A stretch of 64,000 nucleotides of DNA from assembly GCA_004323695.1 (NCBI GenBank), contig SCRU01000078.1:80-64079 (forward strand), written 5' to 3'. The translations under genes were made by a program, and so were the position numbers. The notes beneath the pieces are model-generated. The model saw nothing but the letters and a program-made list of their open reading frames with translations, was not told where the DNA came from and searched no databases. Numbering within the stretch: the stretch's first letter is position 1; the number at the start of each line of letters is the position of its first letter. Below, piece after piece: positions 23,843-35,424 of the stretch. Origin of the DNA: Burkholderiaceae bacterium. Lineage in GTDB: Bacteria; Pseudomonadota; Gammaproteobacteria; Burkholderiales; Burkholderiaceae_C.

Positions 23843-24013
23843 ATCCGGAGGGCGGCCGCGGCAGGCTGCGCCGGGTGCCGCCGTCCAGGGCCGCGTGGCG
23901 GTTGACCCGATGGTCGGCGGATTCAGCCAGAATCTCGAAGAGCTATTGTCAACAGGATCGGTGTGGCTGGCGTTAATGGAGGCTCGGCACATCTCATTTT
24001 CAAAGGGGCAGTG

Positions 24014-24262
24014 ATGAAATCCAAAGTTGTGATGGCGGTGGCGTGCGCGCTCGTGCTGGCCGGGATGTCCGGCGTCGCGAGCGCCAAAGGTTGTATCAAG
24101 GGCGCCGCCGTGGGAGCCGTGGCTGGTCACTACGCGCACCATCATGCGGTGTTGGGCGCGGTGGGCGGCTGCATTGCGGGCCGGCACCTGGCCAAGAAGA
24201 AGGCAGCGGAACAAAAGGCGCAGGCCGCCGCAGCGGCGGGCGGGGCAGCGCAGGTTAAATAG
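24014..24262 (+). CDS. small secreted Gly/Ala-rich (glycine-zipper-like) protein
   Basis: Signal peptide MKSKVVMAVACALVLAGMSGVASA, then GAAVGAVAGHYAHHHAVLGAVGGCIAG and a lysine/alanine tail. GGGGCAG lies upstream of the ATG. Confidence 0.55.
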   Translation: MKSKVVMAVACALVLAGMSGVASAKGCIKGAAVGAVAGHYAHHHAVLGAVGGCIAGRHLAKKKAAEQKAQAAAAAGGAAQVK

Positions 24263-24369
24263 CCATGCCGCGGCCCCCGCGCTTGCGCCGGTTACGTGCA
24301 AAAGCCGGCTGCAAGCCGTTGCCCATTCTTCCAGGTTTACTATAGAAAATATAGCATCATTGCGCCAAC

Positions 24370-25473
24370 CTATTGGCTGGCGCCGAGCGCCTTTGCCGCG
24401 GCGCGTGAATCGGCCAGTGCCGCTGCATCGGGCGCCGCCTGCGTGGGCCAGTTCGCCATGTGCTGCTCGGCCACGCCGCACAGCGCGCCGATCCACTCGG
24501 GCTGATCGTTCAGGCACGGGATGCAGTGGAATTCCTGCCCGCCCGCCAGCAGGAAAGCCTGGCGCGCCTCCTGATTGATTTCCTGCAGCGTTTCCAGGCA
24601 GTCGCTGGTGAAGCCGGGGCAGATCACATCCACGCGTTTCGTTCCGGAGCGCGCCAGCGCCACCAGCGTCGGTTCGGTGTAGGGCTGCAGCCATTTGGCC
24701 TTGCCGAAGCGCGACTGGAAGGTGAGTGTGTATTGATCCGCGCGCAGCCCCAGTTTTTCGGCCAGCAACCGGCCTGTCTTGCGGCACTCGCAGTGGTAGG
24801 GGTCGCCCAGGCGCAGCGTGCGCTCTGGCACGCCGTGAAAGCTCATCACCAGCTGGTCGGGCCGTCCGTGGTCCTGCCAATGGTTCTTGATGCGGCGCGC
24901 CAGTGCGCCAATGTACCCGGCATCGTCGTGGTAATGGTTCACGAAGCGCAGTTCGGGAACGGCGCGCGTCTTTCGCGCCCACGCGTAAACCGCATCGAAC
25001 ACGCTGGCCGTGGTGGTGCCCGAGTACTGCGGGTAGGCGGGCAGGATCAGCACGCGTGTCGCGCCTTCGGCCTTCAGTACATCCAGTTCGGACGCGATCG
25101 ACGGGCTGCCGTAGCGCATGGCGTAGCGCACCGTGACGTGGTGCCCGCGCTCGCCCAGCCAGCCACGCAGCATCAATGCCTGCTTGGCGGTCCAGACCTT
25201 GAGCGGCGAACCGTCCTTGCTCCAGATGCTCGCGTATTTGGTCGCCGACTTGGCCGGCCGCGTGCGCAGGACGATGCCGTGCAGGATCAGCCACCAGAGG
25301 GGCTTCGGGATTTCGACCACGCGGCGGTCGCTCAGAAATTCGGCCAGATACACCCGCAGCGCTGCCGCCGTGGGCGCCTCGGGCGTGCCCAGGTTGCACA
25401 ACAGCACGGCGGTTCGCGGGGCTTGTCCATGGGTATGCGCCGGTTCGGGCGCGAAGCGGGGGGTGAGGCTCAT
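24370..25473 (-). CDS. hemH: ferrochelatase
   Basis: [36 protein letters not shown]...MSFHGVPE...QSRFG...WLQPYT are canonical HemH motifs. The start was set at MSLTPR (ATG 25473). Confidence 0.9.
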   Translation of the reverse strand: MSLTPRFAPEPAHTHGQAPRTAVLLCNLGTPEAPTAAALRVYLAEFLSDRRVVEIPKPLWWLILHGIVLRTRPAKSATKYASIWSKDGSPLKVWTAKQALMLRGWLGERGHHVTVRYAMRYGSPSIASELDVLKAEGATRVLILPAYPQYSGTTTASVFDAVYAWARKTRAVPELRFVNHYHDDAGYIGALARRIKNHWQDHGRPDQLVMSFHGVPERTLRLGDPYHCECRKTGRLLAEKLGLRADQYTLTFQSRFGKAKWLQPYTEPTLVALARSGTKRVDVICPGFTSDCLETLQEINQEARQAFLLAGGQEFHCIPCLNDQPEWIGALCGVAEQHMANWPTQAAPDAAALADSRAAAKALGASQ

Positions 25474-25585
25474 GCGGTATTTTCCCGCACTCTGCCGCGT
25501 ATCAGACAAGCAGGAGTTCGCGTGCGCATGACGGCGCGACACCGCAGCGTGCCGTGGTCACAACGACGGCGCTGCGACGATGCCG

Positions 25586-26923
25586 TCACATCTGTTGCGC
25601 CGCAGCGATACCGCTGCGCGTGGCGCCCTCCAGCGTCGCCGGGTAGGGGCCGTCGACATAGTCGCCGCAGGCCAGCAGGTTCGGCGCGATCTGTCGGGGC
25701 GGGCGCACCAGGCCTGGCGTGCATGCAAACGTTGCGCGCCTTTCCACGATGGTCTGGATTGGCTGGACCTGCAGGCCCAGCTCGGCGCGCGCCTGCGCGA
25801 CCACCTGTGCCTGCAGGTCGGTGCGGCTGCCGTTGCTGGTGCTGACCACGAAGGCCAGCAGATTCGCGGGGCCGCCGAGCTGGCCGCGATCGAACACGAA
25901 CTGCGCAGGGGCCGCGCGCGCCGGGTCGGGGCTGCTGCGCAGCGCCAGCATGGGGCAGGGCAGCAGATCGGGCGACGCATGGACGCCCGGAGCGGCCAGC
26001 GCATACACGGTGGTGATGGCTTCAAAGCGCAGGGCATCGGCGATTGCGGCCCAGCGTTGCAGCTGGATCGCAATGGCTGGAGGAGCTGCAGGCGTAGATG
26101 CAGAAAGGACTGCCACCGCATCGGATGCTGAAGTCGCGAGAATCGCGCGGTCGAACGTTTCCCCGTTGACGTGCCACGGCGTCACCGGCGACGTGCCCGC
26201 GTCGGCCCTGCCGTGGTGCAGCGCCTGAACGCGCTGGCCGACGCGGATCGCCCCGCCGTGCGCCTGCAGCCAGCGTGCCGCCGCGTCGGGAAACAGTTGG
26301 CCCAGATTCACCCGGGGCAGCAGCAGGTTGGAGCCGCCATGGCTCCCGAACAGGCTGTCCTGCAGCACGCGCAGGAACACCTGGCCGCTGGCCTGGTCTG
26401 CCGGCGTATTCAGCGCGGCGGCGCACAGGGGTTCGATGAATTCAACCCGCAGCTTCGCGGGCAGCGCGGCACAAAGCTGCGCGACGGTGCTGCCGGCCGG
26501 GCACCGGAAGCCGCCGAGCCGCCAGCCGATCGCGCGGCGCAGCAGCGCCAGGCGGTCGCGCCAGCGCCAGCCGTGCGCCATCAGGATGCCAGCCAGCCCG
26601 TCCCAGGGGGCGCGGCCGTAGCGCAGCGCGAGGCCGTTGCCGTCGCGAAAACGCAAGCTCAGTGGCAGTCTCGCCAGCACCCGCTCAGGGTCCACACCCA
26701 CCCGCCGCATCAGGCGCAAGGTCTCAACATAGGCGCCGATCAGGATGTGCTGGCCGTTGTCCAGCGCAACGGAGGTACCGTCCGGCAACTTGCAGTTCAG
26801 GCCCCTGGCGCGTCCGCCGAGTGCGCGCGACGCTTCGAAAACAGTAGCGTGGTGTCCATCTTGCGTGGCCTGCACCGCTGCCGCGAGGCCCGCCCAGCCA
26901 GCGCCGATGATGGCGATTTTCAT
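25586..26923 (-). CDS. hpnE: hydroxysqualene dehydroxylase (FAD-dependent desaturase HpnE)
   Basis: MKIAIIGAGWAGLAAAV FAD-binding fold, amine-oxidase-like length, directly downstream of hpnC and hpnD. Confidence 0.8.
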   Translation of the reverse strand: MKIAIIGAGWAGLAAAVQATQDGHHATVFEASRALGGRARGLNCKLPDGTSVALDNGQHILIGAYVETLRLMRRVGVDPERVLARLPLSLRFRDGNGLALRYGRAPWDGLAGILMAHGWRWRDRLALLRRAIGWRLGGFRCPAGSTVAQLCAALPAKLRVEFIEPLCAAALNTPADQASGQVFLRVLQDSLFGSHGGSNLLLPRVNLGQLFPDAAARWLQAHGGAIRVGQRVQALHHGRADAGTSPVTPWHVNGETFDRAILATSASDAVAVLSASTPAAPPAIAIQLQRWAAIADALRFEAITTVYALAAPGVHASPDLLPCPMLALRSSPDPARAAPAQFVFDRGQLGGPANLLAFVVSTSNGSRTDLQAQVVAQARAELGLQVQPIQTIVERRATFACTPGLVRPPRQIAPNLLACGDYVDGPYPATLEGATRSGIAAAQQM

Positions 26924-27047
26924 GGCAGCGCGGCACGCGAAGCGGCAAGCACGAGGGCCATCCGGCCGGCGCTGGGCCGTCCCAAGGCGGCCGACGGCCC
27001 CCTCGGGGGGCAGCGAGGACACGAAGTGCCGAGCGTGGGGGTCATAT

Positions 27048-27917
27048 TTACAGGCGCCCCAGCGCCTGCACCCGCCACGCGAGCCAGAGTTTGCGTACCG
27101 GCGTGAGGCTGATGCGCTGGTGCAGCACGGGAAAGTTGTCGCGCTCGATCTCGCGCAGCAGCGTCTGGTAGATGCTGGCCATCATGAGCCCCGGCTTTTG
27201 CGCGCGGCGGTCCGCGCCGGGCAACAGGGCCAGGGCCTCGGCGTACAGCGCGCGCGCACGCTGCGTCTGGAACCGCATGAGCGCCGCGAAGCGTGCCGCG
27301 AAATCGTCCGCGCCCGCATCGGTTGACGGCTTGGGGCGCTTGAGGATTTCGTGCGCCTTCACGTCGAACTGCTGCAATTCGCTCACCGGCAGGTAGATGC
27401 GCCCGCGCATCGCGTCCTCGCCCACGTCGCGAATGATGTTGGTGAGCTGAAATGCCAGCCCCAGCTTGTGCGCGTAGTCCGTGGTTTGCGGCTGCGTCTG
27501 GCCGAAGATGCGCGCCGACACCTCGCCCACGATACCCGCGACGAGGTGGCAGTAGGTTTGCAGGCCGGCAAAGTCGAGGTAGCGGGTCTGCTCCAGGTCC
27601 ATCTGGCAGCCCTCGATGATGGCCTGCAGGTGGCGCGGCTCGATCTGGTACTCGGTGAGCGCCGGCGTGAGGGCCCGCATGACCGGATGGCTGGGCTGAC
27701 CCGCGAACGACTGCGCGACCTCGGATTGCCACCAGGCCAGCTTGGTGCGCGCCACGCCCGGATCCACCATGTCATCCACCACATCGTCGATCTCGCGGCA
27801 GAACGCATAAAACGCGGTGATGGCGGCACGGCGCGGCTTGGGCAAAAAGAGGAAGGCATAGTAAAAGCTGCTGCCGGAGGCGGCGGCCTTTTGCTGGACG
27901 TATTGCTCGGGCGTCAT
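27048..27917 (-). CDS. hpnD: presqualene diphosphate synthase HpnD
   Basis: SSFYYAFLFLPKPRRAAITAFYAFCREIDDVVDD and RDVGEDAMRGRIYLP are the two Asp-rich squalene/phytoene synthase motifs. It is the second of two tandem paralogues. Confidence 0.85.
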   Translation of the reverse strand: MTPEQYVQQKAAASGSSFYYAFLFLPKPRRAAITAFYAFCREIDDVVDDMVDPGVARTKLAWWQSEVAQSFAGQPSHPVMRALTPALTEYQIEPRHLQAIIEGCQMDLEQTRYLDFAGLQTYCHLVAGIVGEVSARIFGQTQPQTTDYAHKLGLAFQLTNIIRDVGEDAMRGRIYLPVSELQQFDVKAHEILKRPKPSTDAGADDFAARFAALMRFQTQRARALYAEALALLPGADRRAQKPGLMMASIYQTLLREIERDNFPVLHQRISLTPVRKLWLAWRVQALGRL

Positions 27918-27941
27918 GGCGCGATTGTCACATCCAGATTG

Positions 27942-28799
27942 TTACATCCATATGGCGCGCCACAGAAGCAGCGGCGCGTCCCACGCGGTGAGCCTGGGGC
28001 GCGCGCTCAAGGTATTGAAGCCCATCGCTTCGATCCTGTCCAGGATGCGCAGGCCGCCTTGCACGACGAGACGCAGCTCCCAGCCTGCGCGGCCCGGCAC
28101 CTGATGCACCAATGCAGAGCCATTTAGCATGGTAGCCCTTGCCCATTCTACCTGAGACGCTATCAATTTCGTTGTTTTCGCGGTCGATCTCAAGGCCAGC
28201 AGATCGTCCTGGGTGACGCCGTGGACGGCGCAGTCCTGGCGCGGCAGGTAGAAGCGCCCGCGTGCGATGTCCAGTCCCAGGTCCTGCCAGAAGTTGATGA
28301 GCTGCAATGCGGTGCAAATGCAGTCGCTGCGCGCCAACGCCTGTGCATCGTTCACGCCATACAAATGCAGCAGCAGCCGGCCCACCGGATTGGCGGAGCG
28401 GCGGCAATAGTCCAGCAACTCGTCGCGGTCTTCGTAACCCGCGCGATCCCGTGTCCTGGTCACGTCCTGCTCGAATGCGCTCAGCACATTGGCGAGCAAG
28501 GGGACGGGTAAGTCGAAGTCACGCTGGGCAGCGCACAGCGGCCCGAATACTTCGGGCCAGCGCGGGGAGGACGCCCCGCAGCCGGTCACGGCGGCGAGAT
28601 CGGCACCATACACGGCCAGATCGTCCAGTCGTTGCTGCGCCGGCGCATCGCCTTCATCCGCCAGGTCGTCGGCCGTGCGGGCGAACCAATAGATGGCGGC
28701 AATGGCCGGGCGCAGTCGGGGCGGGCACAGCCAGGACGCGACCGGGAAGTTCTCGTAGTGCGTTCGGGGCAACGGGTCGACGGGCGTGGGGCGATTCAC
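27942..28799 (-). CDS. hpnC: squalene synthase HpnC (hydroxysqualene synthase)
   Basis: HYENFPVASWLCPPRLRPAIAAIYWFARTADDLADEG and FWQDLGLDIARGRFYLP. The start is uncertain: GTG 28799 was chosen because the track start at 28934 abuts the tRNA and encodes atypical sequence. Confidence 0.8.
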   Translation of the reverse strand: MNRPTPVDPLPRTHYENFPVASWLCPPRLRPAIAAIYWFARTADDLADEGDAPAQQRLDDLAVYGADLAAVTGCGASSPRWPEVFGPLCAAQRDFDLPVPLLANVLSAFEQDVTRTRDRAGYEDRDELLDYCRRSANPVGRLLLHLYGVNDAQALARSDCICTALQLINFWQDLGLDIARGRFYLPRQDCAVHGVTQDDLLALRSTAKTTKLIASQVEWARATMLNGSALVHQVPGRAGWELRLVVQGGLRILDRIEAMGFNTLSARPRLTAWDAPLLLWRAIWM

Positions 28800-28946
28800 G
28801 GCACGGATTGTCGCTGACCCGGTGCCCCCGTTCCGGGCGCATGGCGTGTTCCGTCTAAAATAGAAGGTTGACCGAATGGAGGCGGGCGATCGCGCGGCGG
28901 GCGGGCACCTGCCAGCGTGCGGCCTGTCCGTCATGTTTTTGAGACC

Positions 28947-29033
28947 GCGCGGGTGGCGAAATTGGTAGACGCACCAGGTTTAGGTCCTGACGCCAGTGAT
29001 GGTGTGGGGGTTCGAGTCCCCCCCCGCGCACCA
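28947..29033 (+). tRNA. tRNA-Leu (anticodon TAG)
   Basis: Folded by hand: acceptor GCGCGGG/CCCGCGC, anticodon loop TTTAGGT, long variable arm, T-arm GGGGG-TTCGAGT-CCCCC, encoded CCA. Confidence 0.9.
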
Positions 29034-29066
29034 GATGGCCCGAGATGTTGATATTTGGAGAACCGT

Positions 29067-30377
29067 ATGTCCGTGACTGTTGAAACCCTTGAAAAGCTGG
29101 AGCGCAAGATCACACTGACACTGCCCGTCGGCGTGATCCAGTCCGAGGTCGACGCGCGCCTCAAGCGCATGGCCCGCACCGTGAAGATGGACGGGTTTCG
29201 TCCCGGCAAGGTGCCGATGACGGTGGTGGCGCAGCGCTACGGCTACTCGGTGCATTACGAAGTGATGAACGACAAGGTCGGCGAGGCCTTTGCAAATGCC
29301 GCGAACGAGGCCAAGCTGCGCGTGGCCGGCCAGCCCCGCATCAGCGAGAAGGAGGGCGCGCCCGAGGGAGAGCTGACCTTCGATGCGGTCTTCGAGGTTT
29401 TCCCCGAGGTGACGATCGCCGACCTGTCCACCGCCGAAATCGAAAAGCTGAGCGCCGAGGTGGACGATGCCGCCATCGACAAGACGCTGGAGATCCTGCG
29501 CAAGCAGCGCCGTACCTTCACCCAGCGCGCGCACGATGCGGCGGTACAGTCGGGGGACCGCGTCACGGTTGACTTCGATGGCAAGATCGACGGCGAGCCG
29601 TTTCAGGGCGGCAAGGCCGAAGACTTCCAGTTTCTGGTTGGTGACGGCCAGATGCTGGGAGAGTTCGAGGATGCCGTGCGCGGCATGAAGGCCGGGGAGA
29701 GCAAGACCTTCCCGCTGTCGTTCCCGGCCGATTACCAGGGCAAGGAAGTAGCCGGCAAGGCGGCGGACTTCATGGTCACGGTCAAGAAAGTCGAGGCGGC
29801 GCACCTGCCCGAAGTGAACGAGGCGCTGGCCAAGTCGCTCGGCATCCCCGATGCGACGGTCGAGGGTTTGCGCGCGGACGTGCGCAAGAACCTGGAGCGC
29901 GAGATCAAGTTCCGCCTGCAGGCGCGCAACAAGCAGGCCGTGATGGATGCACTGGTCTCGAAAGCCGAACTCGACCTGCCCAAGTCCAGCGTGCAGGCCG
30001 AGGTGGATCGCATGATCGAAGCCGCGCGCGCCGACCTCAAGCAGCGCGGCATCAAGGATGCGGACAAGGCACCGATCCCCGATGACGTGTTTCGTCCGCA
30101 GGCCGAGCGCCGCGTACGCGTGGGCCTGGTGGTGGCCGAGCTGGTGCGCGGCCATGAACTGCAGGCCAAGCCCGAGCAGATCAAGGCGCACATCGACGAA
30201 TTGGCTTCCAGCTATGAAAAGCCGGTCGATGTGGTGCGCTGGTACTACAGCGACAACCGGCGCCTGGCCGAGGTGGAGGCCATGGTGATTGAAAACAATG
30301 TGACTGAATTTGTGCTGGCCAAGGCGAAAATCAACGAAAAGACGGTTCCGTTCGACGAGCTCATGGGCCAGAACTGA
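29067..30377 (+). CDS. tig: trigger factor
   Basis: [20 protein letters not shown]...[10 protein letters not shown] is canonical Tig. GGAG lies 6 nt before the ATG at 29067. Confidence 0.95.
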   Translation: MSVTVETLEKLERKITLTLPVGVIQSEVDARLKRMARTVKMDGFRPGKVPMTVVAQRYGYSVHYEVMNDKVGEAFANAANEAKLRVAGQPRISEKEGAPEGELTFDAVFEVFPEVTIADLSTAEIEKLSAEVDDAAIDKTLEILRKQRRTFTQRAHDAAVQSGDRVTVDFDGKIDGEPFQGGKAEDFQFLVGDGQMLGEFEDAVRGMKAGESKTFPLSFPADYQGKEVAGKAADFMVTVKKVEAAHLPEVNEALAKSLGIPDATVEGLRADVRKNLEREIKFRLQARNKQAVMDALVSKAELDLPKSSVQAEVDRMIEAARADLKQRGIKDADKAPIPDDVFRPQAERRVRVGLVVAELVRGHELQAKPEQIKAHIDELASSYEKPVDVVRWYYSDNRRLAEVEAMVIENNVTEFVLAKAKINEKTVPFDELMGQN

Positions 30378-30404
30378 TCCATCCGTCCATCTGGCGACCG
30401 GGGG

Positions 30405-30432
30405 CTTGTGCTTGGCGGCACAGGCCCCATTT
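30405..30432 (+). promoter_or_regulatory. candidate sigma-32 (heat-shock) promoter of clpP
   Basis: CTTGTG-N14-CCCCATTT. The -10 is an exact CCCCATNT match, 40 nt upstream of the clpP ATG. Confidence 0.45.
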
Positions 30433-30471
30433 GTTTACCGGTACAGTACCGACAGCATCTCTGGAGAAAAC

Positions 30472-31080
30472 ATGAGCGCACTGGAAACCAAGGGCCTGGG
30501 CATGATCCCGATGGTCATCGAGCAGTCGGGCCGTGGCGAGCGGTCCTACGACATCTATTCGCGCCTGCTCAAGGAGCGGGTGATCTTCCTGGTGGGCGAG
30601 GTAAACGACCAGACCGCGAATCTGGTGGTGGCGCAACTGCTGTTCCTGGAGAGCGAGAACCCGGACAAGGACATCTCGTTCTACATCAACTCCCCGGGCG
30701 GTTCGGTCAGCGCGGGCATGGCGATCTTCGACACCATGAACTTCATCAAGCCCGACGTCTCCACCCTGTGCTGCGGTTTCGCGGCCAGCATGGGCGCATT
30801 CCTGCTGGCGGCCGGCGCCAAGGGCAAGCGCTTCTCGCTGCCGAACTCCAAGATCATGATCCACCAGGTGCTGGGCGGCACGAGCGGCCAGGCGACCGAC
30901 ATTGAAATCCATGCGCGCGACATCCTCAGGACCAAGGACCAGATGAACCGCATCCTGGCCGAGCGCACTGGCCAGCCGCTGGAGAAAATCACGCACGACA
31001 CCGAGCGCGACTATTTTCTGTCCGCGGACGAGGCCAGGGACTACGGCCTGGTCGACAAGGTGATCGCCAAGCGCATCTAG
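30472..31080 (+). CDS. clpP: ATP-dependent Clp protease proteolytic subunit
   Basis: [67 protein letters not shown]. Confidence 0.95.
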   Translation: MSALETKGLGMIPMVIEQSGRGERSYDIYSRLLKERVIFLVGEVNDQTANLVVAQLLFLESENPDKDISFYINSPGGSVSAGMAIFDTMNFIKPDVSTLCCGFAASMGAFLLAAGAKGKRFSLPNSKIMIHQVLGGTSGQATDIEIHARDILRTKDQMNRILAERTGQPLEKITHDTERDYFLSADEARDYGLVDKVIAKRI

Positions 31081-31110
31081 GCGCGCGTGCCGGCGGCGTT
31101 GCATGGCGGC

Positions 31111-31141
31111 AACGGCGTTTTCTGTAACAGAAAGCGCCGTT
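31111..31141 (+). other. strong RNA hairpin between clpP and clpX
   Basis: AACGGCGTTTTCT-gtaac-AGAAAGCGCCGTT forms a 13-bp stem with one mismatch and has no T-tract after it. Confidence 0.4.
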
Positions 31142-31194
31142 CATATTTGGTTATCATTCAGAAACTACCCGTAACAAGGCAAGGCGCCCCTTAC

Positions 31195-32460
31195 ATGGCC
31201 GAGAAAAAAGGCTCTTCCAGCGAAAAAACCCTGTACTGCTCCTTTTGCGGGAAAAGCCAGCACGAGGTCAAGAAGCTCATCGCAGGCCCTTCCGTCTTCA
31301 TTTGCGACGAGTGCATCGACCTGTGCAACGAGATCATTCGTGACGAGTTGCCCGTGGCCGATGGGGCGCGCGAAGTGCGCGGCGATCTGCCCACGCCGAC
31401 CGAGATCAAGGCCAACCTGGACAACTACGTGATCGGCCAGGAGGTTGCCAAGCGCACGCTGTCGGTGGCGGTCTATAACCACTACAAGCGGCTGCGGCAT
31501 CAGGAGAAGGCGAAGAAAGACGATGTCGAACTGGCCAAGAGCAACATCCTGCTGATCGGCCCCACGGGCTCCGGCAAGACGCTGCTGGCCCAGACGCTGG
31601 CTCGCATGCTTGACGTGCCGTTCGTGATGGCCGATGCCACGACGCTGACCGAAGCCGGCTATGTGGGCGAGGACGTCGAGAACATCGTGCAAAAGCTGCT
31701 GCAAAGCTGCAATTACGATGTGGAGCGGGCCCAGCGCGGCATTGTCTACATCGATGAGATCGACAAGATATCGCGCAAGTCCGACAACCCGTCGATTACC
31801 CGCGACGTATCGGGCGAAGGCGTGCAGCAGGCCTTGCTCAAGCTGATTGAGGGCACCATGGCTAGCGTGCCACCGCAGGGGGGGCGCAAGCATCCGAATC
31901 AGGATTTCCTGCAGGTCGACACGACCAATATCCTGTTCATTTGTGGCGGTGCTTTCTCGGGCCTTGAAAAAGTCATTGAAAACCGTACCGAGTCTTCCGG
32001 CATCGGCTTTGGCGCTGCGGTGAAAAGCAAGCAGCAGCGCGCGTTGACCGAAGTCTTCAAGGAGGTCGAGCCGGAAGATCTGATCAAGTTCGGGCTGATC
32101 CCCGAGCTGGTGGGGCGCATGCCGGTGGTGGCCACGCTGGCCGAACTCAGCGAGAGCGCGCTGGTGCAAATCCTCACCGAGCCGAAGAACGCGCTGATCA
32201 AGCAATATGGCAAGTTGCTGGCGATGGAGGGCGTCGATCTGGAAATTCGCCCGTCGGCGCTCAATGCCATTGCCAGGAAGGCGCTGGCGCGCAAGACCGG
32301 CGCGCGCGGCCTGCGGTCCATTCTTGAACAGTCGTTGATCGACACCATGTTCGATTTGCCGAACGCATCGAATGTGGACAAGGTCGTGGTCGACGAATCG
32401 ACCATTGATGAGAACAAGCCTCCCTTGCTCGTTTACCGCGAATCCGCGAAGAAAGCCTAG
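31195..32460 (+). CDS. clpX: ATP-dependent Clp protease ATP-binding subunit ClpX
   Basis: Zinc finger [32 protein letters not shown], Walker [17 protein letters not shown]. Confidence 0.95.
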   Translation: MAEKKGSSSEKTLYCSFCGKSQHEVKKLIAGPSVFICDECIDLCNEIIRDELPVADGAREVRGDLPTPTEIKANLDNYVIGQEVAKRTLSVAVYNHYKRLRHQEKAKKDDVELAKSNILLIGPTGSGKTLLAQTLARMLDVPFVMADATTLTEAGYVGEDVENIVQKLLQSCNYDVERAQRGIVYIDEIDKISRKSDNPSITRDVSGEGVQQALLKLIEGTMASVPPQGGRKHPNQDFLQVDTTNILFICGGAFSGLEKVIENRTESSGIGFGAAVKSKQQRALTEVFKEVEPEDLIKFGLIPELVGRMPVVATLAELSESALVQILTEPKNALIKQYGKLLAMEGVDLEIRPSALNAIARKALARKTGARGLRSILEQSLIDTMFDLPNASNVDKVVVDESTIDENKPPLLVYRESAKKA

Positions 32461-32509
32461 TGCGAGGCTCGCGTCCCGCTACCCCATCGCGGGTTGACAC
32501 ATCGATGGG

Positions 32510-32537
32510 TTGAAATTTTGCGCATGCGGGCCATATT
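32510..32537 (+). promoter_or_regulatory. candidate sigma-32-type promoter of lon
   Basis: TTGAAA (32510-32515), then a 13-15 nt spacer, then GGCCATAT(T), 25 nt upstream of the lon ATG. A 7-bp hairpin (CCCATCG...CGATGGG, 32483-32509) lies just before it. Confidence 0.35.
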
Positions 32538-32561
32538 CAACACTTAATTCAAAGGTTCTCC

Positions 32562-34997
<2,436 letters not shown>

Positions 34998-35049
34998 TGA
35001 CGTGACGCGGCCGGGCCAAAAAACTACGCTATAATTCGACGCTTGAAAC

Positions 35050-35125
35050 GCGGGAGTAGCTCAGTTGGTAGAGCGCAACCTTGCCAAGGTTGAGGTCGAG
35101 AGTTCGAGACTCTTCTCCCGCTCCA
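35050..35125 (+). tRNA. tRNA-Gly (anticodon GCC)
   Basis: GCGGGAGTAGCTCAGTTGGTAGAGC...CTTGCCAAG...TTCGAGA...CTCCCGCTCCA is nearly identical in architecture to E. coli glyW. Confidence 0.9.
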
Positions 35126-35133
35126 GATTGATC

Positions 35134-35162
35134 AAAAGGGAAGCTGCAAGCTTCCCTTTTTT
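35134..35162 (+). terminator. intrinsic-terminator-like hairpin (bidirectional form) between tRNA-Gly and tRNA-Cys
   Basis: AAAAGGGAAGC-tgcaa-GCTTCCCTTTTTT: a perfect 7-bp GC-rich stem extendable by A:T pairs, followed by T6. Confidence 0.6.
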
Positions 35163-35184
35163 GTCGCACGACTTGTCCCGATCT

Positions 35185-35258
35185 GGCGCGGTAACAAAGC
35201 GGTTATGTACCGGATTGCAAATCCGGCTAGCCCGGTTCGACTCCGGGCCGCGCCTCCA
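35185..35258 (+). tRNA. tRNA-Cys (anticodon GCA)
   Basis: GGCGCGGTAACAAAGCGGTTATGTACCGGATTGCAAATCCGG...TTCGACTCCGGGCCGCGCCTCCA is very close to E. coli cysT. Confidence 0.9.
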
Positions 35259-35317
35259 GACTCAGCCCTGTCAACTGCTCTGTTGGCGGGGCTGTTTTGT
35301 TTCACAATACAGGCTAG

Positions 35318-35411
35318 GCCCGAATGGTGGAATTGGTAGACACAGCGGACTTAAAATCCGCCGCTTTCCTGAATAAGGGGCGTGCCGGTTCGACCCCGGC
35401 TTCGGGCACCA
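35318..35411 (+). tRNA. tRNA-Leu (anticodon TAA) with an unusually long variable arm
   Basis: Acceptor GCCCGAA/TTCGGGC, anticodon loop CTTAAAA, T-arm GCCGG-TTCGACC-CCGGC, CCA encoded. The hand-counted variable region is 22 nt and the total length 94 nt. Confidence 0.8.
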
Positions 35412-35424
35412 TTAACATCAGACC

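Noticed and set aside
24319-24329. Exact 11-mer TTGCCCATTCT shared between the hemH-downstream patch and hpnC (28139..28149)
   Set aside because: On its own, an 11-mer match is expected many times by chance in 64 kb on both strands. It is used only as weak supporting detail for the AT-rich patch family.
22898-25399. 833-aa minus-strand ORF spanning the hydrolase, the small secreted protein and hemH
   Set aside because: It crosses intergenic regions and three well-supported genes in other frames or on the other strand, and its composition is not protein-like.
28800-28934. Upstream extension of hpnC to the ATG at 28934
   Set aside because: It would place the start 12 nt from the divergent tRNA-Leu and add 45 atypical residues before the conserved HYENFPVAS N-terminus. 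An internal GTG was preferred, but this remains uncertain.
35030-35035. Perfect TATAAT 14 nt upstream of tRNA-Gly
   Set aside because: It is plausibly the tRNA-operon -10, but no acceptable -35 lies at 16-18 nt. The evidence is too thin to list as a promoter.
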